Shown here: positions 1 to 11,728 of the stretch, in pieces
How positions within the stretch are numbered: the stretch's first letter is position 1
Layout: each line of letters opens with the position of its first letter
From: Reclinomonas americana ATCC 50394
Lineage: Eukaryota
Length of the DNA stretch: 45,865 nucleotides
Direction: 5' to 3'
Assembly (NCBI GenBank): GCA_048213135.1
Contig: PS015036.1
Location: forward strand, 1-45,865
Notes under the pieces: generated by a model
The model's database searches: none
What the model was told of the DNA's origin: nothing
The model's input: the letters and a program-made list of their open reading frames with translations, nothing else
Position numbers and translations under genes: made by a program

Positions 1-92
1 CACACAAGAAAGCAAACTTGTTGTTGATGTCCCGCCATCTCCCTGCAAACACACTCTCTGCCTCTTTCTCTCTCCTTCTCTCTCCAACCCAC

Positions 93-173
93 ACGCAACT
101 GCTCTCCACCGGGACCACCCGGGGCACCACCCGCACCACTCGCGGGCGCCGCAGCCGCCGAGCCGGTCGCCAT
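93..173 (-). CDS. Probable first coding exon of a gene running off the left edge (MATGSAAAAPASGAGGAPGGPGGEQLR)
   Basis: ATG at 173, 27 Ala/Gly-rich codons, then a GTGGGT donor; divergent from the glycosyltransferase. No recognisable domain. Confidence 0.35.
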
Positions 174-354
174 GCCATGCGCACCCTCTCCGTCCGGTCG
201 CACTTCGTCAGCCATTATGCTTGTCGTTCTCGAAAGTCAATCAAAACACTGCTTTTTGCTTGCTTGCTGCACGCGCGTCGCTCGCGAAACACTGATGTGA
301 AAACTTGAGCAGGCCGAGCAACGAATCGACGGATGGATTGTGCAATTCCACTCA

Positions 355-1874
355 ATGACCGGCGGCGGGCATCCGATGTCGCCACCGTCGATGGAAGGCC
401 GTCGACGCGGTCTCTGTTGCGGCACGCTCGCGCTCACACTATGCATCACGCTCATCCTGCTCGCGGCAATGCACGCCGCTCGCCACGCGTCGCCCCTGAC
501 AAGCCGACGCTCCTCCTCCACCGCCTCCTCCTCCTCCACATCCTCCTCATCGTCAGGTGACTCATCGCGAGTGGACTCGCCACGATCGCTGCCGTCGGCG
601 TCGTACAAGTCGGCACCTGCACGACTGTTGCGATTGTGGACACGTGGTCCGCGGCTGGGCGAGCCGGGCTCGGCCAACTGGTGGACTCCGGAGTTGTGCG
701 ATGAGCTGCCGGTGTGGCTCGACGCCACGCGGAAACGCATCGATGATGTGGTCGAGAATGCCAATGGCTTGCAGTTGCGTGGACAAGGCAAAGGGACATG
801 TCGACCGCCTGCCTTGTTGCTGACTCTTGCACGCACAGCGATGCACTGTCGTACTCGGCCAAGGCGTCGTTTGTGCAGCAACTGAAACCGGTGCTGGCCA
901 AGCATGCGATTCGATCGACGGTGACGGTGTTGGAGTTGCCGCAGGCGATCCTGTTTACGGTGGTGCAGGTGGCGACGCGCGACTACGCCGAGTGGGTGCA
1001 CAATTGGGTCTACTATACGCGACTCAACACGCCGTTCCAGTTGCCGTTGATTGTGTGCGTCGATGAGAGCGCGCGCAAGTTTCTGCTGCAGACCGGCCTC
1101 GACGATGAGCTGTTGTATGTCGATCAGAGTGGGTGGCGTGCGGAGGCGGTCGAGTCGCGTGCGGTGGAGCTCAAGTACTTGTACGCGCACCTGATGCTGG
1201 TGCACGGGTATCAGGCGCTGTACTCGGACTGCGACGTGGTCTTCCATCGTGACCCGCTGCTGGCGGTGATGAACCTGCCGTTCGACTTTCCGTCGTACGA
1301 CGAGCCCACCAAGCCGGCGCGCTGGCAACCGGCGCTGCCCGACTGGTACGCTCTCAGCGACGCCACCGATCCGAAGACGACGCACTGGCGTCTGCCGTTC
1401 TCGACGCGCGTGCGTGCGCCGTACCTCAACCTGCCCACCGCCTGCATCACCTACGCCCGCTGTCCCAACTGGCCGCACAACTACTGCCTCTCGACCGGAC
1501 TGTGGCTGGCGCAGCCGACCGCGCGGACACGCGCACTGCTGGCGCAAATGATTGACCTGATTCCGCGTTTCGCGCTGTGGGAGCAAAATCTGTTCAACTC
1601 GATCGTGGACCTGCACGTGCTGCAGGACGGACTGGTGCTGGTGACGCTGCCGCCAGACCGCGTACTGAATGTGCCCGTCGGCGTCGACGCCATGCGGCTG
1701 GTCGGTTTTGCGTGTCGCGAGAGCGAACGTGTGGCCTCGCATGTGGGCCACCGATCCGGCAAGCGGAAGAAGCAAGTATTCATCGACGGTGGTCTGTGGA
1801 AGGGAGCGTTGTTGATGCTTCCGCCGGCGCCTGGATCGGAGGTTGTTGGCGGTGGGGAGGATAAGAATAGGTAG
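355..1874 (+). CDS. Nucleotide-diphospho-sugar transferase (GT77/PF03407-like), type II membrane glycosyltransferase; 2 exons (about 355-773, 839-1874)
   Basis: N-terminal TM segment (TLALTLCITLILLAAM) and Ser-rich stem. DxD motif in LYSDCDVVFHRDPL, then STGLW and WEQNLFN motifs. A 65-nt GTTGCG...CTGAC...CAG intron joins ORFs 340..885 and 798..1874 in phase. Confidence 0.75.
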
Positions 1875-2225
1875 AGGCGGTGGTGGGGGGGGAAGTGGAG
1901 AAGTGAATTGCCTCAAGATTGGTGTCTGTGTTGATGTTTTGGATACGGTTGAACTTGGTCATCAAGACAGTTGTTGCTTGTTTGTTGGTGAATGAATTGT
2001 TGTTGTTGTTGTGGGAGGGAAAATTGGGAGGCCGGTGCACCGTCATATTAAGATATCGGTGACAGTGATGAGGAACCGATTCTTCCGTGTGCGCAGCTGC
2101 GTCATCGTGCATGCGCAAGGAGAATGCACAAGCAAACACTAGACCACGAGGGAGATAAGGATACAACTTGACAGTAATTCATATGCGTCAGACGGTGCAT
2201 CTGTAAGAACATGAACCAGCATGTG

Positions 2226-5200
2226 CTAGTCATCCTCTGAGATTGTTGAAGTCGCAGTTGAGGAAGTTGTGGATGACTTGTAGCTAACGTCAACACCAAC
2301 TGCGCACACAGGGTTAGCAAGCAGATTGGACTGACACAGGCGATGTGGACACAGCCGCAAAGAAACGCAACGTTCCTCCGCAAACTGCGCATGACAAGCA
2401 CGAAGAGTGAAATCAACTGACAAGAAATGCAAGAAGACTGACACGCCGGGAGAACACAAACCATCGCAAGTTGGGGCATTGAGTCTGCCATCCAGTCCAG
2501 CGCAAAGCGCGTACGCATCGTCTTCCGCGTTCGCTCGAAGAGACACCGCAGCTCCGATGCTCGGACCCACCACTGCCGAGCCGTGTGTTTCCACTCTTCA
2601 GTGGAGAACTTAGGAGTGCGCGAGAAAAGTGAGGGCAAACGTTGGATACTGGGAAGCGCGCATTTGCAAACCATCCCAGTCAGCTCGAGAAACTTGCGTA
2701 GATGCTCCAAAACACTGTGCGCGCACTCGGTAATAATGCGATTGCGTGGCTCGTGGTCGTTACGGTTCCAGTGCGAGAGAATGTAGGCCAGTGGCGTGCG
2801 GCGGTAAAACTCCAGTCCATCCAGAATCTGCGTCAGGTTCGATAACACCTCCTTGCATGATTCCAGCGCAATTCGAGTTTCGTGCACTCGATTCTTGTTA
2901 TCCCCACGGTCATCCAGGTGTTCGTAGCGTCTCAGTGCAATGCGCAAGTCAATAGATTGCGACTCAATGGTGGTCTTGAAGTCTTGCAACCTGCGCGTGA
3001 AGGCGACTTCCAGCTCGTCCAATTCCGGTTTCGGCTGCTCGCAGTCGCGCAACTGTTCCAACAGCCGTTCCGTCTCTGTTAGTCTATAGACTCGTAGCGA
3101 GTACAGGAACTCTTGCACAGCGTCCGTGTCCGTCCTGCCCTCAGAGTTGGCAAACGCTGCATGCGCGCCAACGGTCGAGGGTATTTCCAGGCTGACACTC
3201 ACGTCAGCAATTGACAGCATGGTCTGAGCCGCCTGCTCACACACACGAAACAGAGTCAGGGAGGTACTGCGCAAGTGTAACGGGGGCACGCAATCAACCT
3301 GCACAAGATAAGTCGAGTCGCCGTACAAACCAACGAGTACCGCTTGTCCGCAGATAAGCTTCAGCGCGTTGATGTGATGCACTGTGCGCGAACGCACAAC
3401 AGGCGAGCCCTCCAGTTGAACAGACAGACGCTCCCACTCCGACTGGGCGCGCTCCAGAAACTGTATAACTGCGCGTGCTTGTCTGCTGTCTGCGCATGGG
3501 TGTCGCGTGTTGGCACGAGTTCGGAGAGACGAACAATGTGTGCTGGCAACCAACCATCCACTTTGCACGCTGCTGACGCCGCTAGGACACGATAATGCAA
3601 GACTCCACGCATCCGATCGATGGTGCGACCAACTTCTGCGCCACAACAATTAGTTCTCTCATTGACGAGTAAGATCAGATGCAAGCACAAACCATCCACC
3701 GTGGCTTCGTCTGGTATGATCGTGAGTGCCACTTCGGTTTCCATACCAGCCAATGCAGTTGCTGAATGTTCCTGCTTCCGACGGTCAAACCACGTTGGTG
3801 TGACACCGTCGTCACTTAAGTCGTCCTCTTCAGCATCAGAGTCGGCGCGATCGTGACGGAGATAGGAACTCTCGTCGTTAAGGGAGCTTGACAAGTCCGT
3901 CGCCGAGATTCGTGTCTATTGATCAGGCACAATGTTTTAGAACTACTAACGTCCAGATGTTTGTCGACTGACAACACAAACTTCACTTACCCCTGGCAGT
4001 CCGGCATCGGACGCTGGTAGAGGCGCTGCCTCGGATCCGGTGTCCGAAGTGCCAACGACGGTGCTCAAGGACTGTTGTCGAGACTCTCGACCGACAAGAA
4101 GTTGTCGTATATCGTCCACTGACAACTCAGTGGCCATTCTTGCGAAAATGGCCGACTGCGGAAGAAGAAGCTGTGCATCCACTGCAGTATCGGCCAGCAA
4201 ATGCGGGTTGAACTCTCCGTCGATCAGTCCTGTGCATGTGGTGGATACTCGTGATACCGGTGGTGCCAACCGTAATTTCGACATGATACGTACCTCTCAG
4301 TAGCTCATAAATGAGTGACCGACACTTTGTTAGTCTCTCCTCGAAGACAAGGGTAACGAATCGGTCCCTTGAACATTGAAGTCGCAGCTGTAGCAGCAAT
4401 GGAGAATGAGAGATGCATGGAAAGTCACATCCACGGGTTGCACACGAGCGTACCTGAGTATGCTGGCTCATTATCTCAACGACATTGCGATTGCCAGGCG
4501 CAAAGTCGGGGCCCTCGTGTGCAGTCAGCACAAACACTGCTGCGGTCCCGTAGTTCTCATGAGCGAGAGCCTCCGTCGCGGCAGCGCAACACTCGTCAAC
4601 TGTCAGCTCCCTCAGGTACGCCTGCATCCGCAACGCGACCAGTATCTGGAGGGCAGTCTCCATCGAAGCTCTGGCAGCCACCTGACGCAGCATGCTGATG
4701 CCGTTCACGTTTCTGTGCCCCAGCAAGCGCCGAGGATCACACTGTCGCAGATGCGGTCAGTTGCAACCACGAAAGTGCCAAGAGGATGAGGAACTTGCCT
4801 TCCTGAACAATGCATTGAACGCTCCACCGATTGTCCGGGCATCTTCGAGCGAAGCATTTGAGTTGCTGACCAGTGTAACCAGCAGATTGTTGCCGTCCTC
4901 ATCGAGCAACAACTCAATGTCTGCCGACGTGAGTTCGGGGGAACAGGCGAGCGCAGCATAGAATCCTTCCACCCAGCAATGTGCAAATACTTGCAGTGGA
5001 GCAACTTCCACGTCACTGAACGAGCGATCCACAAACAGGCTGCAGTGGCACCAACGTGAGTGAACATGAGCATCGACAAGCATACTAATCAGTGGTGTAC
5101 AGACACGAAACGACTGGTACCACGGTCCGTCCCTCGGATGGCAAAGCAGCATCTGTAGACCTTCAACGTCAGCGCTCACGGCCAGACTGAACAGAATGTC

Positions 5201-8042
5201 CAGGGCAGGTCGATTGGTCGATGCTTCCAGGCTTTGCAGATCGCATTGCATGCCTGCACCCAATTTCGTAAATTGTAGGAAAGGATACAGTTGACATTCA
5301 AGTATTTTCGTACCAGCCACAGCACTCTCGGTGAAAGAGATGGTCGTTCGAGACGCAGATTCTGGTGGCAGCTTGAAGTATCGTCTCTGAAACGATGGTG
5401 GATGATTACTCGAGCCTGCATACATGCAAGGCAGTTGAGTATTTGTGTTGCAGAAAGAAACGACATCGTGCCAGTCATCTCGTACCAGACGGCTCGCCAA
5501 CACGCGCTCGTCCGCGTGGTGACCTCGGTGGTAGTGGATCGTCTGCTTTCTCGCCACGCGCCTTGATCTTGGGTGGCTTCCCTCGTATAACTTGCATGGG
5601 CTTGTTGTACACAAGGCAGCCATCTCGCTCCGCAACAACGACAAACATCAATGCGCCGTTCCTCTGGTCACTCACAAACTCGAGATCGACCTCGACGGCA
5701 ATCGTCATGTCATCATAGTTCACGAGCACTTGCCCACCAAGTACTCTGCACAAACGAGATATCTGCATGCACAAGCATTATTGAGAGCCGAGTCTTCGCA
5801 GGTGCTGGATAACAGCGCGCAACGGAACGCACCTCGCGATGCACCATCGCTGAACTGTGCGCAAATAGTACACCGATAGCATGAATGGAAGTCATATCAA
5901 CAGTGGCACCGACACACTGGAGGCGGACACTCAGTGGCAGCATAGTTCCGTCTGGATTCCTTGCCAAGTACACCTCCTCTGGAATTGGGATGAACTCTGT
6001 GCGTCAGTCACAATTTTAGCAAAGCAGAACTTCTGCGAGAGGCGGCAAGGCACTGGGAGGGCTAGAGACCTATTTGACAACCAGGCTTGGGACGTCGAAG
6101 TCGATTGCGTTCATTGCCAACATGTACCGGCACGTGGTCCGTGGATTCAATTGCCCACCACTGCGAAGAATCGTATCCCGGAGCGTCTTGATGGCCCATC
6201 CACGTGATGTGGCTGGCACAATACGGTGAAGCTCCCTCGGCAGCCCTATTCCGCAGCACTACAGGCACCGCGCACTCCAGCTTGTACGTCCGCGCACCTT
6301 CCCCAGGTGGCTCGTCGCCGAAATACACGTCGAGCACAAATCGAAGTAGACACAGTGGATCGCAACCCCTGCAATTCCTCACAGCCTAACGCATGCACAC
6401 ACGGTCGAATTCAGTTGCTGACAAAGGCGGAACAACAAATGGTGTCGCATACCTCCAACTGCTCAACAGCGATGTCCACTGTCGTACGGGACCTGCCGAC
6501 AAAAGCCGAGACTGCGAAACATCGCAGGCGAGACTCTGCTCTCGCCGACATGGCTTCGTCGATGCACCTGGTCGCAGGCTCGAGACGAACGTCAGCTGCG
6601 TGAATCTTGACCTGAAGGTCCCCGCGATCCGCAGGCTCATCTCGGAGCTCGAACTGCAGGCTTGTTGGCAGCACAGGGCCTGTCATGCCCTGAAAGTCCA
6701 TGGCCAGCAAGAAATCGCGACTCAAGAGCTGGTGATACTGATGCGCATGCATGTAGCTGTCAGCTTTCACCGCCGAGTGCGCTCTCTCTTCCAGGTCCCG
6801 TTGGCATAGGCGAAACACGATTTCACCCTCAGTGCAAATATGGGGGAGGACATTCTCCAAGTTCCACTTCGCACCAGCGAGAAGCCGATTGCACTCGACA
6901 ACGTCATCGGTACCGCGAGTGGAATCACTGCGGATCTGTGAAACAGAGATGTGCACGTCACGTCTGTGCAAGAATGACACACGAGTGCGGTCATTTGCAC
7001 GCACCATACTGACTTTGTATCCACCACCAGGGCCTCGGTGGCCGAGCAGGATTTCGGGAGGGCCAACTCTGCCGACTCGCAGGTACTCCTCCGCTGATGC
7101 TACTATTGATTGGCCGCCACTTCCAGCGTCGACACAGCCGATTCCACTGCTCATTCCGCCGTCAACGTAACCACCACTGCCACTGCCGCTGCCACCGCTG
7201 CCACCTCTACCGTCATAGTCACCACCGAGAAGTCCGCTGCGATCCACCACGATCTCTGGAGTTAGCTGTTCGAGTGCCGGAGCTCCATCGGGACCGCGAA
7301 GACCGGCAGCGAGCCCCCGTGCACAGAAAACGCCACTGCGGGCATTAACATGGTCGGCAGCATCAGCGGCAGCTGAGGATTTCTGCATCCCTGGCCTCAA
7401 CAGCACAGGCGGGGGCGCGGCAGCCGTCGGTGGCTGCTGAGTTTGATGCCTGACGGCAGAATACTCAGGATCCACTCTACGAGCTGCTTCAACCAGGGCC
7501 GTGAGGCCAGGAGCGAGGGGCGAAGGCGGTCGCGGCGGAGGTGGTGGTGGCTACACGCAGTATTTGAGAGAAAGTTAAAGCAGAGCCAATGATTCCAGAT
7601 GCTCACCATCACAGCCACTGGCACTGGCACATGCTTCGGTTCCATCTCCATCTCCACGTCGTCGTCGGCGACCAGGTGCGCGGCTTCATCGCCTCCACCA
7701 GCGCCGATGCCTGCACCAGCTCCCTGTGTACCATGTGAGAACATCAAACGCAAGCAAGCGAAGCTTTCAACAATATCCAACCTTTTGCGCAAACTGAAGC
7801 GAATACGCAGCACGGACTGCCGGTGGCTCGTCCTGAGGCGCACCCATGTGAGAATCGAGCAATGTACGTAAACAGGTGATTGCTAATGAACCAAGTGCTC
7901 TTGCGGTGAGTGTTGTGTGTGAGAGTGTATGTGAATGTGAGAGTGTGAGAGAGGGTGTGTGTGAATGCGCAAGTGTGATTGGTGAGTGTTGTGGTGTTCA
8001 CAAGCCTTCACTCACCATGTCGGCGTCCTCCAAGTCACTCAT
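2226..8042 (-). CDS. Large multi-exon hypothetical protein (roughly 1500-1600 aa) with beta-rich central segments, two degenerate ankyrin-like repeats and a helical C-terminus
   Basis: Successive minus-strand ORFs (6411..7475, 6062..6382, 5713..5973, 5475..5774, 4757..5644, 4127..4726, 3946..4284, 3361..3894, 2102..3649, 2226..2594). The junctions checked can be joined in phase by short introns. Likely start MSDLEDADM at 8042 and end ...STISEDD* at 2226. Not every junction was resolved. Confidence 0.6.
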
Positions 8043-8559
8043 GGCTCTCGGCTCGATTGGTCGTCTCCCTTGACTTGCGACGTCGAGTCTTATTGTGCCG
8101 CTGCGGCAAGCGCCGTGTTTCTCCGCGTTTCCGACACCCGACGCCTGTTGACAGGACTGCTGTCGGACAGACACTCACACCATGGCCGCCGCCGACGACC
8201 GGCGCTCTGTGCACCGCCTACGTGTGCACAGAGACTGCGACGCACAATACCCTGGTCACTTGAGCGTGAGAGCCGATGACCTGCTGTACTTCTCATGTGA
8301 AGTAGTTGCGTTTTTCCTCGCACACGCCAGACACACACACACACACACACAGAGAGATGTGAGAGAGAGAGAGAGAGAGAGAGAGATGAGAGGGAGAGAG
8401 AGAGACGTGAGAGAGCGGAGGGAGAGGAAAGACATCTGATTGTGTGATGATGCATTGAGATGACATGATTGTTCTCTCTTCCCCCCCCCCCCTCCTCTCT
8501 CTCTTTTTTCTCCACTCACACTCACACAGCCACAAGCACACCCCAACTACGTCTACGTG

Positions 8560-9498
8560 ATGCGGCACAAGCGCACACTGGGTCAGCCACTGCGCGGATT
8601 CGTGCCACAAGCAGTGGTCACTGGTGAAACATGCGGTCCTCCACCACCACCACCACCACCAGTTCGACGCATTGTGGATGACAGTCAGCGACGGCGTGAG
8701 GAGGGAGGAGGCGGCAGCTCGTCTTCTTCACCGCCGTACTCATCGTGGCCGCCTCCTCCGGCGTTTCCGTGTCAACACTGCTATGCGTCGTTTTCCGGCA
8801 GTGAGGATCTGCAGTTCCACGTGTTGACGGAGCACGCTGAGCTGGCTGTTGAGGTTGGTGAGGGGGAAAGGGAGGGGGGAGGCAGAAAGAGATTGAGAGA
8901 GCTAGAAGTAAGGGAAAGGGTGAAGAAGAAGAAGGAGAGAGAGAGAAGAGAGAAAGGAAGGAGACAGAGAGACGAGAGAGAAGAAGACAGAAGAGAGAAA
9001 GGGAAGAAAGACGAACGGGAGGGATCGAGAAAGCGAGAGAGAAAACTGAAGGGAGGAGACAGAGGGAATGAGAGAGAAGAAAAGAAGAAGACAGAAGAGG
9101 GAAAGGGAAGAAAGCGAGAGAGAGAACTGAAGGGAGGAGACAGAGGGAATGAGAGAGAAGAAAAAGAAGAAGACAGAAGAGGGAAGGGGAAGAAAGACGA
9201 ACGGGAGGGATCGAGAAAGCGAGAGAGAGAACTGAAGGGAGGAGACGGAGGGAATGAGAGAGAAGAAAAAGAAGAAGACAGAAGAAGACAGAAGAGGGAA
9301 AGGGAAGAAGGCTGACGGGAGAGAAGGAAGACAGCAGAAGACACACACACACACACACACAGTCGTGTTCATCTGCGACGCCACTGCTGCTCTTTCTCGC
9401 TATCGCATTGCAGATCGCACTGCAAAAGAACGTGGTGGACGAGGCAGGAGCGTGCAAGCTTGATCACTCGCGGGAAAACACTCTCTTCTCTATCCGAG

Positions 9499-9543
<45 letters not shown>

Positions 9544-11185
9544 GGCATCACGTGCACTCTTCACAGTCGTCACACTCTTCAAATTCCTCACGCTTCTCCC
9601 CCCACAGATGATGGACATGCAGCTACGCGAGTCGCTGGGCAGTGCGCGGCCGCCGGAGCTGTGTTCACTGGACGAGTTGATGCGTGGTGCGAAGCCGCGG
9701 TCGTGGAGCTGGTCGAGGTATGCACTCCGCCCGAAGAACCCTCCTTTCCTCCCCGTCATCATGGTGGATGCTATACGCAGGTTCCCGGAAAGCGACCGAG
9801 AGCTGCGACAGTGTGTGGTCGGCAAGTACCGCGGCATTGCCGGCAACAACAACTCGTGCTACATGGACTGCGCCGTGTTCTGTCTCTTTGCCTTCACCGA
9901 CGCTTTCGACGGGTGCCTGCGTCAAGTGGCCACCGACGAGAGCTACGTGTACCCGGCAGAGTGGCACGAGAATGCCGTCCGTTCGCTGGAGTTGTGCGTC
10001 CGTCGACTGCGCCACGACTGCTTCGTGCCCGAGACCGAGGTGCGGTGCCGCTTCTGTGGTGGTCTCTTCGCTCCTGTCCCTCACGATGTCGCCCTCTCAG
10101 ATGCTGGCGTTGCACGACGCAATCTCACCGTTCCTGGCCGGCGACGGGTTCCATGGTGACGTGCGCGAGAAGCGCGACGTGACAGAGGTGTTTGACGCCA
10201 TGTGGCGAGCCTCGCGGGTATGTGATTTCCCGCCGTGCCTCTGTCTATCCGTCTGCTTGTCTCCTTCTGCCTCTCATTTCCCGATCTATCTCTTTGACTG
10301 TCTCTCTACGGTTCACTCTCTCTCTCTCTCTCTCTCTCTGACGTTCAGTCTTCTCTTCTCCTTCCACATCCGTCTCCCTTCTCTTTCTCCCTTCACCAAC
10401 CATTGTTCCGTGGCAGGCCCCACTACCCCTTGTGCTGCGCACCGTCACCGGCACCGGATCTGCCGCACCGCTCATGCACTGCAGCTACTTACAGCTGACG
10501 GAGGGCGCCCCGGGAGGTGCACGTGAGACGAGTGTGCAGCACTTGCTGCAAAGCTTCCTCGACCAGAACCGAATGCAGTTTGATCGTGCCCCCGACACGC
10601 TCATTCTCGTGCTGCCGCGTGCTGGTGTGTGTGCTTGTTGTTCACGAAGCATTCGACTGAACCACTCCGTGTGCTCACCTGGCACGTGCAGGAGAGTACC
10701 GCGCACTCGACGCATGCGTCGCCAACCCCATTCTCCAACTGCAGCCACAGCATATCGGCCAGTCACCACCGCCAGCTTCCAGTCGGTTCGGTCGCAGTGA
10801 GGTGGAGGCGAGCGGCGCCGAGTACAAGTTGCACGCCATCGTGGCCATTGAGCGCGCACACTACGTCTGCTACGCCGAATGCGACGGCATTGGATGGGTG
10901 CAATACAACAGGTGCGGTTGCAGTGTTCTCTCCCCCACCTTGCCCTCCACCTCCCACTCCTCTCACAAAAGAGAATACACTATGCGCAGCATGGCTCACC
11001 AGTTCCAGGGCAATGGCGAGTGCGTGCCCGAAGTGAGCGAGTGCCACGATCTGGCGCGTCACTTGAAAACATTTTCCGAGAATCCGCGAATCATCAGCAT
11101 CCGTCTCGACTCGTTGCAGGAGCACACAAGACGAGCCATTCGTGACCCATACGTGTGGGTGTACATACGAGAGCAGCGACAGTAA
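8560..11185 (+). CDS. CYLD: CYLD-like ubiquitin-specific protease (C19 family) with N-terminal C2H2 zinc finger; about 7 exons (8560-8853, ~9414-9443, 9608-10039, 10101-10217, 10417-10624, 10692-10911, 10990-11185)
   Basis: Cys box GKYRGIAGNNNSCYMDCAVFCLFAFTDAFD, SVQHLLQSF..QFDRAPDTLILVLPRAG, His box YKLHAIVAIERAHYVCY and WVQYNSMA..VPEVSEC all parallel the CYLD USP motifs. Exon 1 has CQHC..HVLTEH. Exon 2 frame is uncertain. Confidence 0.8.
8985..9305 (+). repeat. Purine-rich minisatellite (about three imperfect 80-110 bp units) in intron 1 of the CYLD-like gene
   Basis: The block aaagcgagagaga..aactgaagggaggagac.gagggaatgagagagaagaaaa occurs three times. Confidence 0.8.
9500..9542 (+). repeat. 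(AG)n microsatellite
   Basis: Perfect AG dinucleotide run. Confidence 0.95.
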
Positions 11186-11728
11186 AGGCAATGTAAAAGC
11201 GCCGAGTGGTGGTGGACAGATGCTGCGTGGAGATCCTGCGGGCGGACTATGCGATGTTCGCCTTCCGCTGTGCTGGTGGCAACCAGAACCAAGCAAACAA
11301 CCTCTCACCCGCAGCAGCTGCGCCGCAGCCTCAGGGTAATTAGAACCATCGCAGCACCCAGCTTCAACGAGTTCAGAGTCTACGCAGGCCGCTGACACTT
11401 TATACATTTTTCGCACCGCAGGGTCAGAGGAGACATGTTGAGGGAGGGGCAGACGAAGATTGGAGGGCAGAAGATCGGTCCTCGTGTCACAAAAACGCGA
11501 AATAAGCCAAATCTGATTTCCCGTGACTGACTATTTGCGCCACGAAATCCTCTCGAGGCCCACACGCGTTTGATTGGCTTTGTCTCCTTAAAGGGAAGAT
11601 GACTGTTGGAGAAGAGTGATCATGTGTTTGTATATTGTTGGTGTGCCAAGGTCATTGTCGGCAAGGGACTTGTGGGCGTTCATCGCACTATTGGAATGTG
11701 GTGAATGAAGTGTTTTGTTTGTTTTTCA

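Noticed and set aside
237-1916. 559-aa minus-strand ORF
   Set aside because: Antisense shadow of the GC-rich glycosyltransferase CDS; no domain signal.
5475-7000. NF-kB/Rel-like identity for the orphan next to CYLD
   Set aside because: No RFRYxCE-type Rel motif and only two weak ankyrin-like repeats; adjacency to CYLD is not evidence.
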